From: Lama guanicoe
Taxonomy: Eukaryota
Direction: 5' to 3'
DNA: 20,000 nucleotides
Assembly (NCBI GenBank): GCA_013239625.1
Contig: MU054116.1
Coordinates: 252,131-272,130, forward strand
Below, in pieces: positions 1-10,564 of the stretch (positions are counted from its first letter, which is position 1; every line of letters starts with the position of its first letter). The position numbers and the translations under genes are program-made. The notes below the pieces were generated by a model. That model was not told the origin of the DNA. It did no database searches and saw only the letters and a program-made list of their open reading frames with translations.

Positions 1-665
1 TCATCAGCTTTGCTGGCTGCTTGACTCAATATTTTTTTGCTATACTTCTTGGGGCCACAGAGTTTTACCTCCTGGCTTCTATGTCCTATGACCGCTACGT
101 GGCCATCTGCAAGCCCCTGCACTACCTGACCATCATGAGTAGCCGAGTCTGCGTCCAGCTCGTGTTCTGCTCCTGGCTGGGGGGGTTCCTAGCTATCTTT
201 CCCCCAATCATCTTGATGAGTCAGGTGGACTTCTGTGCTTCCAATGTTCTGAATCACTACTACTGTGACTATGGGCCCCTCCTGGAGCTTGCCTGCTCAG
301 ACACAAGCCTCTTAGAACTGATGGTCATCTTCTTGGCAGTTGTGACCCTGGTGGTTACTCTGGTGCTGGTGACACTTTCTTATACATACATTATCAGGAC
401 CATTCTGAGGATCCCTTCTGCCCAGCAAAGGACAAAGGCTTTTTCCACATGTTCTTCCCACATGATTGTCATCTCCCTCTCTTACGGCAGCTGCATGTTT
501 ATGTACATTAATCCTTCTGCAAAAGAAGAAGGTGTTTTCAACAAAGGAATAGCTGTGCTCATTACCTCAATTACTCCCTTGTTAAACCCTTTCATTTACA
601 CTCTAAGAAATCAGCAAGTGAAGCAAGCATTCAAGGACAACATCAAAAAGATCGTGAAGCTTTAA
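1..665 (+). CDS. OR6C4: Olfactory receptor family 6 subfamily C, OR6C4-like; 5'-truncated by the window edge (frame open from nt 3, [12 protein letters not shown]...; stop TAA 663-665)
   Basis: OR motifs [28 protein letters not shown] and [12 protein letters not shown] with no disruption. Closely matches recalled human OR6C4 ([20 protein letters not shown]-terminal KKIVKL). The TTG at 21 is an internal Leu, not a start. Confidence 0.9.
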   Translation, partial: ISFAGCLTQYFFAILLGATEFYLLASMSYDRYVAICKPLHYLTIMSSRVCVQLVFCSWLGGFLAIFPPIILMSQVDFCASNVLNHYYCDYGPLLELACSDTSLLELMVIFLAVVTLVVTLVLVTLSYTYIIRTILRIPSAQQRTKAFSTCSSHMIVISLSYGSCMFMYINPSAKEEGVFNKGIAVLITSITPLLNPFIYTLRNQQVKQAFKDNIKKIVKL

Positions 666-689
666 ATATATATATTTATATATTTATAT
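666..689. repeat. Imperfect (AT)n low-complexity tract right after the stop codon
   Basis: atatatatatttatatatttatat. Confidence 0.7.
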
Positions 690-702
690 CTCAAGGAAAC
701 AC

Positions 703-1130
703 ATTTCACTTAATAAATATGTATTGAATGTCTACTGTATTTTTGCAAGTGCTGAACCAGCACTTGAGGATAAAAGTATAAAAGGCATATGCCCTAATTT
801 CAAGGAATCTATGCTCTAATGTGATAGAAATGTGTACAAACTGTAAGTTGATGTCATAAGTTTACAAAAAATAAAATAATATGGGAAGTGTTATTAGAGA
901 AAGATGACTGAGAATCCCTGAAAAGAACAATTGGAAAGAATTAACTGTTTTCTGGAAATTACTTGAAATTTAAGAGGCAAAACATCCTGCTTATTTAGGA
1001 GAGTGGGAAGGTAAAAATTTAGAGCAAGAAAGAGAGGCCAGATCATTAAGGTGTTTATTAAAAAGTGTGGAGTTAGCTGGATATTGGTGAGTCAAGAGAC
1101 GTTTAAGAAAGGAGGTGATGTTACCAGCAT
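703..1130 (-). mobile_element. Degenerate L2 LINE 3' fragment
   Basis: catttcacttaataaatatgtattgaatgtctactgt... resembles the antisense L2 3' end. gaggccagatcat...aagaaaggaggtgat is also L2-like. Right boundary approximate. Confidence 0.5.
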
Positions 1131-2025
1131 TGTCTGGAAGGAGGTCTAGCATGGGCACTGCTCTTCACTGTGGAGCACTGGAGACCATGCTTCTATCAAA
1201 GTGTTAACATTTTTTACTCTCCTTTCCTCTTTCATTTATTTTTCAACTGTGGCCATTGCAACTTCCATCCTCCCATAAAGAAAAAAGGCTTTACATTTCA
1301 TCCACTTTTCTCCAAATGAGGTGAAAATTCTCAAGATTTTGTCAGCTTACACATTTGTTTTCTATAAGTTATGGTTAGGTTTCTAAAGGAAAGGTTAGAA
1401 TCCTCTCACTTCTCCTATTGGTGCTTTTCATAAGCTGACATTTTTTAAGGTAATGAGTCATCGACTCTTTCTCTTTGCTAGTCTCTGATAATTCTTTTTC
1501 TATTGTAATTTTATTTTCATCTTTTTGCTTATTTTGTTAGGTATTATAAAGGACAACTTCTGTGATATAACTTCATTCTTTTAACTTGTTCCCAAATTTT
1601 TGCTTTTTTTTTTAAACATAAGCCATGGATAACTATTTCATAAAGTGGGAAAGAATATAAGGTATTCATACAGTTTTATATCTAGAATGTTCCAAATTAT
1701 GAGTCTTTGCAGCCAACTCTACCTACCCTACCAAGACTACCCTATCAATAACTCTACACATGGAGTCAAAGGGAGAGCAAATTCAATTTGAATCAGCGTC
1801 AATGGAACAGGACATTTTGGAAATCTGAGTACTTGTACTTTGGTAATATCCTAATTCATTGCAGAATGCTGATTACTGTTTGGGGTACAATAGAACATCA
1901 TCTGATGTGTTCACACCTTTTATATGTGGTAATAACATTGAATGGAATGATGCTCCTCAAGCACTTTAGGAACAAACTGTATTAGACTGATCATGACAGC
2001 AAACTCCCAGAACCCCAGAAAGCAT
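848..2025 (+). repeat. Copy 1 of a ~1.15-kb direct duplication (OR6C4 3' flank)
   Basis: Aligns by eye to 2942-4095 from ttgatgtcataag to aaccccagaaagcat, with about 11 substitutions and 3 indels. Confidence 0.97.
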
Positions 2026-2259
2026 TGAAGAGTGTGTAATATTTTTATTAAATGGCCTTTTATATAAAGCCATTGCTGTTTTGAATATCTAGGTTTCTTG
2101 GTGGATAAGCTAGAGATTAGTGATGACTTTCAATTTATTCCAACTTCACTGAACTGTTAATTAATAGAGAAATGTTCTTAAACAATCACACCTGAATCAT
2201 TAAGTTCCCCGAAATCCACATTGCTACCAAAACCTATGATGAAGTGGGAGACAATGCCA

Positions 2260-2475
2260 CACAGTGGTTGAAAATACAGGCTTTCGTTCAAATCCCAGAT
2301 TCTCAACCTTCTACCCAAGTCTCCTTGCAACAGTTTTTCACCTCTCTAACGCTTACTTTTCTCAACTCTAAAATGTGGATAATAATAGTGTCTATCTTAT
2401 AGGATAGTTTTGAGCATCAAATGACATCGTAAGTATTAAAAAAATTATAGCCATTATTTATTGTTTAATAAATGC
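2260..2475 (+). mobile_element. MIR SINE
   Basis: gttcaaatcccag...ttttctcaactctaaaatgtggataataatagtgtctatcttataggatagttttgagcatcaaatga matches the MIR core. Confidence 0.75.
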
Positions 2476-2734
2476 TATCCATTATAACAGTATGGTAATA
2501 ATAACCAATGTCCTTTTCAAGAAAGTCAGGTTTAACTGGTAAGAATAGGTATTAAATTGTTCAGTTTAACCTAAAGGGGACTCTAAAGATGTTGGCCATT
2601 CTACTTGCCGCAAGGCCAGCTTGTTTCCATTCCTCTTCTGTCCAGCTGCATCCTTAGACAGCCAGGTCAGTGAAGGTCTAACCCGCACTTCAGATAAAGC
2701 CAATCAGAACACCCGGCAGCGGACTGTTAGGACT

Positions 2735-2941
2735 NNNNNNNNNNNNNNNNNNNNNNNNNNNNNNNNNNNNNNNNNNNNNNNNNNNNNNNNNNNNNNNNNN
2801 NNNNNNNNNNNNNNNNNNNNNNNNNNNNNNNNNNNNNNNNNNNNNNNNNNNNNNNNNNNNNNNNNNNNNNNNNNNNNNNNNNNNNNNNNNNNNNNNNNNN
2901 NNNNNNNNNNNNNNNNNNNNNNNNNNNNNNNNNNNNNNNNN
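2735..2941. other. Assembly gap (207 N)
   Basis: Run of N. Confidence 1.
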
Positions 2942-4095
2942 TTGATGTCATAAGTTTACAAAAAATAAAATAATATGGTAAGTGTTATTAGAGAAAGATG
3001 ACTGAGAATCCCTGAAAAGAACAATTGGAAAGAATTAACTGTTTTCTGGAAATTACTTGAAATTTAAGAGGCAAAACATCCTGCTTATTTAGGAGAGTGG
3101 GAAGGTAAAAATTTAGAGCAAGAAAGAGAGGCCAGATCATAAAGGTGTTTATTAAAAAGTGTGGAGTTAGCTGGATATTGGTGAGTCAAGAGACGTTTAA
3201 GAAAGGAGGTGATGTTACCAGCATTGTCTGGAAGGAGGTCTAGCGTGGGCACTGCTCTTCACTGTGGAGCGCTGGAGACCATGCTTCTATCAAAGTGTTA
3301 ACATTTTTTATTCTCCTTTCCTCTTTCATTTATTTTTCAACTGTGGCCATTGCAACTTCCATCCTCCCATAAAGAAAAAAGGCTTTACATTTCATCCACT
3401 TTTCTCCAAATGAGGTGAAAATTCTCAAGATTTTGTCAGCTTACACATTTGTTTTCTATAAGTTATGGTTAGGTTTCTAAAGGAAAGGTTAGAATCCTCT
3501 CACTTCTCCTATTGGTGCTTTTCATAAGCTGACATTTTTTAAGGTAATGAGTCATCGACTCTTCCTCTTTGCTAGTCTCTGATAATTCTTTTTCTATTGT
3601 AATTTTATTTTCATCTTTTTGCTTACTTTGTTAGGAATTATAGAGGACAACTTCTGTGATATAACTTCATTCTTTTAACTTGTTCCCAAATTTTTGCTTT
3701 TTTTAAAACATAAGCCATGGATAACTATTTCATGAAGTGGAAAAGAATATAAGGTATTCATACAGTTTTATATCTAGAATGTTCCAAATTATGAGTCTTT
3801 GCAGCCAACTCTACCTACCCTACCAAGACTACCCTATCAATAACTCTACACATGGAGTCAAAGGGAGAGCAAATTCAATTTGAATCAGCGTCAATGGAAC
3901 AGGACATTTTGGAAATCTGAGTACTTGTACTTTGGTAATATCCTAATTCATTGCAGAATGCTGATTACTGTTTGATCTGATGTGTCCTTTTATATGTGGT
4001 AATAACATTGAATGGAATGATGCTCCTCAAGCACTTTAGGAACAAACTGTATTAGACTGATCATGACAGCAAACTCCCAGAACCCCAGAAAGCAT
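2942..4095 (+). repeat. Copy 2 of the ~1.15-kb direct duplication
   Basis: Near-identical to 848-2025. Lacks 17 bp (copy-1 1883-1899) and 5 bp (copy-1 1911-1915). Left end hidden in the gap. Confidence 0.97.
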
Positions 4096-4097
4096 AG

Positions 4098-4151
4098 CAT
4101 TAAACAAATAAATAAATAAAATAAACCTAGTTACCTCCCCCCCAAAGAAAA
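4098..4151 (+). mobile_element. Headless 3' tail of a vic-1-type SINE
   Basis: cattaaacaaataaataaataaaataaacctagttacctcccccccaaagaaaa resembles the catt-(A-rich)-acctccc tail of the SINE at 6526-6640 and the recalled camelid SINE tail. No tRNA-like head. Confidence 0.6.
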
Positions 4152-4449
4152 TCAGACCTGATAAACTCTCCCATAAAGCAACAGAAAACAATAAAGATAT
4201 TAAAACAATAATGATATTAAATTAGGTAGGTAGATAGATAAATAGGCACCAAAAGACCATTGTAGATGCCAAAATCCAGAGAATAAGCATTGCAGGTGAA
4301 GAGAAGAGAAAAAAATGAAATAATAATATATTTCCTATACTAGAGAAAGACGGGTATGTCTGAGTACGCTGAGACAAGCTAGATAGAGAAAATTTACACC
4401 TCAAGAAACCAGACATTTAAATGTGATAGTAAAATAAAAGAATGGCTTA

Positions 4450-5080
4450 GAAGGCTTACTGCACAAAGAACACATTCAAAACACTTCTAAAAGAAAACTC
4501 AAATAAAAGGATAAATAAACAGAAGGATGATGCAAATAATATGAAACATAAAAATTACAATGTAACATATTAATTACATAATGTGTATTTTTAACTTTTA
4601 AAAAAGGGAGACTCAAAGATGAATAAAAGAAAATCTATATTCAAAGCAGAACTAAAATTCTAGAAAACATGTAAACAGTGGGGTTGCAAAGAAAGACCAA
4701 AGTAACGTACAGAAATGGTAATATATTTGTTGTGATCCAAGAAAGAAATAGAAATGCCTAAGTTTAAGAAATCAGTAGATGAAAATAAACAAAACTGAAT
4801 CTTAAGGTATCCATCCTAAAAATAAAATATAATTTACAACTCAACAAAACAAAAAGTACCCACCCAATGAGAGACAGGAAAAGATTTTTTAAAGTAGTAA
4901 CCAGTGGAAAAAATGGCATATATACAATAAGATGGCAGACATCAGTCCTATTATATAACAATCATCATGGAAAGAGCATATCAGTGACTCCCATAAGGAA
5001 AGACACAGAACTCAAACTGGGTTAAAAGCAATAACAAATAAATCCAGGAATGTATCGTATATAATAGACACACTTAAGTC
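4450..5080 (+). mobile_element. Ancient degenerate L1 (inter-ORF region and start of ORF2 endonuclease)
   Basis: Very A-rich. atggcagacatcagtcctattatataacaatcatc...ctcccataaggaaagacacaga...ctgggttaaaagc...agacacactta echoes the ORF2 N-terminus (SIITLNVNGLNSPIKR...QETHL). Left boundary uncertain. Confidence 0.55.
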
Positions 5081-6525
5081 TATTTTACCAAAAATATAAA
5101 TTTTACTTTCATGTATTCTGGTAATTAAGGGTTAGAACTGAAAATAGCACTTTGGTTCTACAGAAGGAGTTAGAAGTTACTATTAAAGTTTCAGAAAGTT
5201 GTTTAAAAATAAGACATTTTATTCAAAATGCAAAATTTCATTCATACCTATTTGTATGCTAAAGCAGTCATTTGCTTGAATGTAACTAATTGATGAAATG
5301 GAATGGACAGAAAGTGTTAATTTGGTGCTTTGTTTGTCTAGAGCCCAGGATTTCCTACCACGTATCACTAAGGAAATACCTGGACTTCATTCATCACAAT
5401 GAATAAATGATAGATAAATACCATCCCTCCCAAAAAAAGACTAACTGACCTGATTGGAGGGTGGTATGTAAAATTATTTAGATGATTTTCTGAAGGACAC
5501 CTGCTTTTACCATCTCTTTAATCAATATAGTAATTTCTTTCGCCCCTACTATCCTTCACAGATTTACATTAACCACATGTCTGGGTCAGGGGTGGTCAGA
5601 GGTACACAGGTGATGCACTCATCCCATTGCCACTGTCCTAATGGTAGCAGTTGCTTATTGGAAACATTCCACATGAACAGGAGAAGTATTTCACATGCTT
5701 AAAACATCTAGTTCCAAAATACATTCAGAGTAGCAGCTACAACCACTTGGATATAAAATGCCCAACAAATATTTTGACTATCAGCCCATTGCTGGAAGAC
5801 TTTGTGAAAACAAATGCACAAAACTGCAGATGGTCCAAAATGCTGACAAACATCAGTTAATTTCAAGGACCCCAGTGGTGGGGGCCGTTCTTAACTGATA
5901 TCCTAAATCTTGCAACTTTATTTCTACTCTGATGATCAAAAGCAAATTATAAGCCCAGCCAAGTTAAAGAGAGAGAAAAGAAATCATGTGCCCTGATGGA
6001 GACACTGACACTGTTTTCTTTCAAGATTTTTTGAACATATTGTACCTACAGAAAGGAAAAAAATCTCAAAATTCTAAAGCCTAAGACTTTCCATTCAGGT
6101 CTCTCAAATGACCGGCACAGCTTCCCCGGCCTCACAAGACCACCAGTGTCCAGCCGGGTCCCTGCAGCCCACCACCCAGGCAAAGCACTTTACCTTATTT
6201 GTTAATACCTGTTGCTGTGTAACATTGTCACCCCAAATTTTAGCGGAAAAGATAAATTTTTATCACTATTGTTGTGAGAGGAGACAGGACAGCTGGATGG
6301 CTCTCACATGGGCCTTTCATTTAGTTGCAATTGGAGGTGATGGCATTTGGAATCATGTAAAGGCTCAACTGAGCTGATGTCCAAGATGACTTTAGGTCAC
6401 AGGTCACTACAGCTAAGACGGCTGAATGAGACGGGGGCTAACCAAGTCTCTCTCTCTCTACTCGCCTCTGCAAGGCTGGCTTGGGCGTCCTCGTTGCACG
6501 GCAATCTCACAGTATTTGAACTTTT

Positions 6526-6640
6526 GTTGTTGGGAGGTGGGGAGTGATTTTTTTTTTTTTTAATGGAGGTACTGGGGACTGAACCCAGGACCTTGTGCAT
6601 GCGGGGCATGCGCTCTACCACTGAGCTATACTCTCCCTCC
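6526..6640 (-). mobile_element. tRNA-Ala-derived SINE (camelid vic-1-type) with 9-bp TSD
   Basis: Minus strand reads gggagagtatagctcagtggtagagcgcatgccccgcatgcacaaggtcctgggttcagtccccagtacctccatt then an A run (A and B boxes present). TSD tgaactttt at 6517-6525 and 6641-6649. Confidence 0.88.
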
Positions 6641-6697
6641 TGAACTTTTTCATGACTCCTGGATCCCCACAAAGCATATGTTCCAAGAAAAAAAAGG

Positions 6698-6741
6698 NNN
6701 NNNNNNNNNNNNNNNNNNNNNNNNNNNNNNNNNNNNNNNNN
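6698..6741. other. Assembly gap (44 N)
   Basis: Run of N. Confidence 1.
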
Positions 6742-7068
6742 GGGAGAAGCTACAAGTCTCCAATGATCTAATCTCTGAAGTGGCACAACTTCACTTTTAC
6801 AACTAAAGTCAAACTCAAGTCACAGAGCCAGTCAAGATCAAAGGGGAGAGGAAAGAAACTACCCCCCACAGTCATGAAGCTGAAAAGGACCTCAAGGGCC
6901 ACCAGGGCCAAGAGGCAAAGCAGCCGTCTACAGTCAGTCCTTCCTCCCACAGCTCTGCCTTTTCAAGAATCTCAGCCCCTCTCACCCTCATCGTTTCAAA
7001 CACAGTCTGATTGTAAGTCAGTAACTTTTGTATTTCACTTGTATTTGCTGGTTGCTTTGAGATAATTA

Positions 7069-7547
7069 CAGACACATCTCAGAGCTATTGCAGGTTCAGT
7101 TCCAGACACAACAAAGCGGCTATCACAACAAGGTGAGTCACAGAAATGTTTTGGCTTCCCAGTGCATATTAAAGTTACATTTACACTTTACTGAAATTTA
7201 AGTTTGCAATAGTACTATATCTAAAACACCAATGTACTACCTTAATTTAAAAATACTTTATTGCTAAGTAACGCTATCATCTGAGAACAAAGGGTTGCTA
7301 CAAACTTTCAATTTGTAAAAAATGCAGTATCTGCAAAGCATCAAGTCACCTCTCTCTCATCTACTAGTTGAGTGACCTTGGGTTAATTATTTAATCTCTC
7401 TGTACTCCGTTTCCTAATCTACAGAGTCAGCAGGAATACTGCATCACAGGGTTACTATGAGGTCTAAGCGAGAAAAACCACATAACACGTTTACAATAGT
7501 ACATACTTTAGCACAGACGTGAAGCATATTGAAATGAGGTATGCCTG
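7069..7547 (-). mobile_element. Tigger1-derived non-autonomous DNA transposon (TcMar), interrupted at ~7341-7518
   Basis: TA TSDs at 7067-7068 and 7548-7549. Termini cagacacatctc... and ...gaggtatgcctg match the Tigger1 TIR CAGGCATACCTC. Internal ttcccagtgcatat...ccttaatttaaaaatactttattgctaa and gggttgctacaaactttcaatttgtaaaaaatgcagtatctgc match the recalled consensus. Confidence 0.85.
7340..7518 (+). mobile_element. MIR fragment nested in Tigger1, roughly 85% identical to 9911-10079
   Basis: MIR core gtgaccttggg...ttatttaatctctctgtactccgtttcc. Shares unusual stretches with the 9911 copy (ggaatactgcatca, gtttacaatagtac). Confidence 0.8.
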
Positions 7548-8138
7548 TAGTCAAAAGAGGAAGTCTATCGACTATCATTAAAGACCACTTGGTTATGTTT
7601 TTATTTATGTTGTGTTTTTTGGCATATGTTTGGCATATTAGGAGAGGCAAGGAATATTATTATAATTTTGTGAAAATCCACATATTTATTGTGAGGCAGT
7701 ATTAACAAGTTGGATTTGAAGATAAAGGCAGCTTATATTCCCTAAGAAACAATGTTTTTATCCTCTTTTTTGTTTTTTGTTGTTTTGTTTTTATCCTCTT
7801 GAAAAGGGAAAGTACTTTGAAAGAGGCTGTGTTACAAAGAGGAAAGAACAGATTCAATACAAAAGATTAATGAGTAATGTGTATTTGAGAAAACTAAAAA
7901 AAGAAACTGATTGAAATGTAGATTAGAAAGACAGAAGTTTCAGGAAAGTAGAGAACTACCTACTTTGATGATGCTAGGTCCCTCACGGTTCTTTCTTAGA
8001 CTTTCTTCTCAACTCCCGTGTTGCTCCTCTGCATTAGAAGACCACATCCACAACAGCCATGCCTCAGTTTCCACCCATATGCTGGTAACTTATTGTTTTC
8101 ATCTGAATTCCCAATATGAAAATTGAAATACATTTCAA

Positions 8139-9077
8139 TTAATATTTCTTTGAAAGAAATGCAAGTCTTTTCAAGATGTCATGGAAAGATTGCTTTACTT
8201 GTTTATTTCTCAGGGTATAAATGAAGGGGTTCAACAAAGGAGCAACAGATGTCGTGAGCAGGGAAATTCCCTTATTAAGGGCCACTTCATCCTTAGCTGA
8301 AGGTTTGATATACATAAAAATGCAGCTGCCATAGGTCATGGAAACCACAATCATGTGGGAAGAACACGTGGAAAAAGCTTTTTTCCTTTGCTGAGCAGAG
8401 GGTAATCTTAGGACCATCCTGATGATGTGTATGTAGGACAGAATTACACATACAAGGGTCATTATGAAGGTCAACACAGCACAGAATATAACGAGCTGCT
8501 CTATGAACCATGTATCTGAACATGAATTCTTCAGTATTGGAGAAGCATCACAGAAAAAATGGTCAATAACAGAGTCACAGAATTCCAGGTGGAGACTCGG
8601 GCCAAGGGGAGGGAGAATAATCAATAAGCCAGATACGCAACAACAGACGATGAGATTCCTTCAGACTCTGCTGTTCATGATGGTCACGTGGTGCAGGGGT
8701 TTGCAGATGGCCACATAGCGGTCATAGGACATCACAGCCAAGAGGAAAAATTCTGTAGCTCCAAAGAGGACAATAAAAAATATTTGGCTGAAGCAGGCAT
8801 TGATGGTGATGGTTTTGTCCCCACTTGATATGATGTAGAGGTACGTGGGGACACAGGCAGTTGTAAATGAGCTTTCTAAGAAAGAAAAATTTTGAAGGAA
8901 AAAATACATAGCTGTTTTTAAATGAGAATCCACCAAGATGGGGGAAATTATGGTCAGGTTCCCAATTACACTTAACATATATGTGATCAACAGAAAGCTA
9001 AAGGCCAAAATCTCTAGTTGTGGATCATTCGTCAAACCCAGGATGATGAACGTTGTTACTGCCGAATGGTTTCTCAT
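8139..9077 (-). pseudogene. OR6C2-like olfactory receptor pseudogene; 312-codon frame with one in-frame premature TGA (codon 139, nt 8663-8661)
   Basis: ORFs 8661-9089 and 8139-8624 are in the same frame, linked by [18 protein letters not shown] at 9077 (MRNHS, N-glycosylation sequon). OR motifs present. The TGA replaces the Cys of NSRVC. Confidence 0.9.
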
Positions 9078-9110
9078 CACTGACTTCACACTATGGCCAT
9101 TGATTCAAGA

Positions 9111-9140
9111 CTGCTTCACATAAAAGGCACAGAAATTAGA
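9111..9140 (-). promoter_or_regulatory. Putative splice acceptor for the OR coding exon
   Basis: Minus strand tctaatttctgtgccttttatgtgaagcag: branch-like ctaat, pyrimidine tract, and AG ending 33 nt before the ATG. Confidence 0.45.
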
Positions 9141-9859
9141 TCTGAAGAGTAATGTCAAAACATGACAGAGGCAGACCGCATCTATAATACCAAGCAAACC
9201 CAGTCACATGCATGTCCTGGAACTTAACAATCCGATTTTAGTGAGATGATTCCCTCAAATCCACTGAAATGTGCCACAGGGAGCTTAAGCTTCGGGGAAA
9301 TTTCTTTTGAAAATTACTGCTACTAAAATTGTTTTAAATATTCTAGGAGCTCCCAATTCACAGCACTATTTCCAATTCTCTTTTTTTTTAAGTCCATACT
9401 TCGGTTGAGACGTCTCCTATTGGATCAGAAGTTGGCCACTTTTTAGCTATACTTTGATGGGTCATTGAGTCTATTTATTCCAAAGCATTTGTACTCAAAA
9501 GCTAAATCCTAAAATTCCTCTGCTTTAAGTTGTGGTGCCTGATAAAATGCAAATATATGGAAGGTGGGATTATGCCCTAGGTGCAGAGTCTCTCCAGATC
9601 TTTCCTCCAGTGAACGAAGCATTATTTAAAGGTCAAGTTAGATTTCTCCCAGAAAATAGTCATTCAATGGCCCCTTTCTCCGGACTTTCTCTAAGTTCCT
9701 CTTATTTCCTTATTTTCCATCTCTGTTCTCAGCAGAGAACTTTATTAATGCATGACTATTTTAATACAATTTGAAGAAAACATGGGTAAAAATGGATAAA
9801 TAGCTGAAGGATATCAAGATATACTTTGCTTTCCCTCCTTCATGACAGCAGAAGTGTGA

Positions 9860-10090
9860 TGCATGTTTCACAGGGGCTAAATCTATGGACCTTGGAACAG
9901 TTTGTCTGGGATCAAATCATGTCTCTCTCATCTACTAGCTGAGTGACCTTCGGCAAATTATTTAATCTCTCTGTACTCCGTTTTCCTAATCTGTGAAGTG
10001 GAGTCAAAAGGAATACTGCATCATAGGGTTACTGTGAGGTTTAAATGAGATAAACCACGTAGCATGTTTACAATAGTACTTAGGACATGA
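9860..10090 (+). mobile_element. MIR SINE
   Basis: ctgggatcaaatc...ctagctgagtgaccttcggcaaattatttaatctctctgtactccgttttcctaatctgtgaagtgg...catagggttactgtgaggtttaaatgagata. Confidence 0.85.
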
Positions 10091-10522
10091 TTAATATTAT
10101 ACTTTTTTTCTGAAGCCAATCTTTCTCATAATCTCAAGAGGGCATTTAGCTCCACTAGGAGCACCTCCCTCTCTCTCTCAGCATCATCAATTTCTTCCAC
10201 TTTTCTAGACTTATTTCATCATCATTCAAACATTGTCTGGTATGACCCTATACTTAAAAAAACAATAAAAATACTCATAGGGAGTGACACTTCAATCACT
10301 ACACTCTTTTATATAGTTTTTACTTTAGGAAACATGTTAATCTACATATTCAAAAATAAAATATATCTTCCAAACAGATAATTGACCTCTTTATTAATAT
10401 AATTTCTATCTACTCAGTTTATCTTTCAATGTGATATTAAGACCACTGCCCAAGAGTATGGTTACTCAAGATCTGGGCATTAGCCCCATAATAATAGTTA
10501 TATTGGTCTACTTAGCTATTTG

Positions 10523-10556
10523 TCTTCATTCAATGTTCTCTCTTCATTCAATGTTC
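10523..10556. repeat. Small tandem duplication (16 bp, period 18)
   Basis: tcttcattcaatgttc at 10523-10538 and 10541-10556. Confidence 0.85.
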
Positions 10557-10564
10557 CAATCAAG

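Noticed and set aside
712..717. AATAAA in the L2 remnant as the OR6C4 poly-A signal
   Set aside because: Plausible, but AATAAA is frequent in this AT-rich DNA and cannot be supported without transcript data.
2600..2734. CCAAT box and locally GC-richer stretch before the gap as a promoter or LTR
   Set aside because: A single motif truncated by the gap, with no family I can recognise.
6560..6637. tRNA-Ala gene call (also about 15971-16043)
   Set aside because: A-rich tails, TSDs, and degenerate anticodon loops and stems show these are SINEs, not functional tRNAs.
8661..8663. Selenocysteine recoding of the TGA at a Cys position
   Set aside because: No SECIS recognised downstream and no OR selenoproteins are known. 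TGC/TGT to TGA is a one-base change, and other conserved residues are also decayed.
8624..8663. Frameshift between the two minus-strand OR ORFs
   Set aside because: The offset is 39 nt, so both ORFs share one frame. The lesion is a nonsense codon.
8293..9123. ORFs 8293-8523 (-), 8464-8718 (+) and 8938-9123 (+)
   Set aside because: Alternate-frame or antisense shadows of the OR coding sequence.
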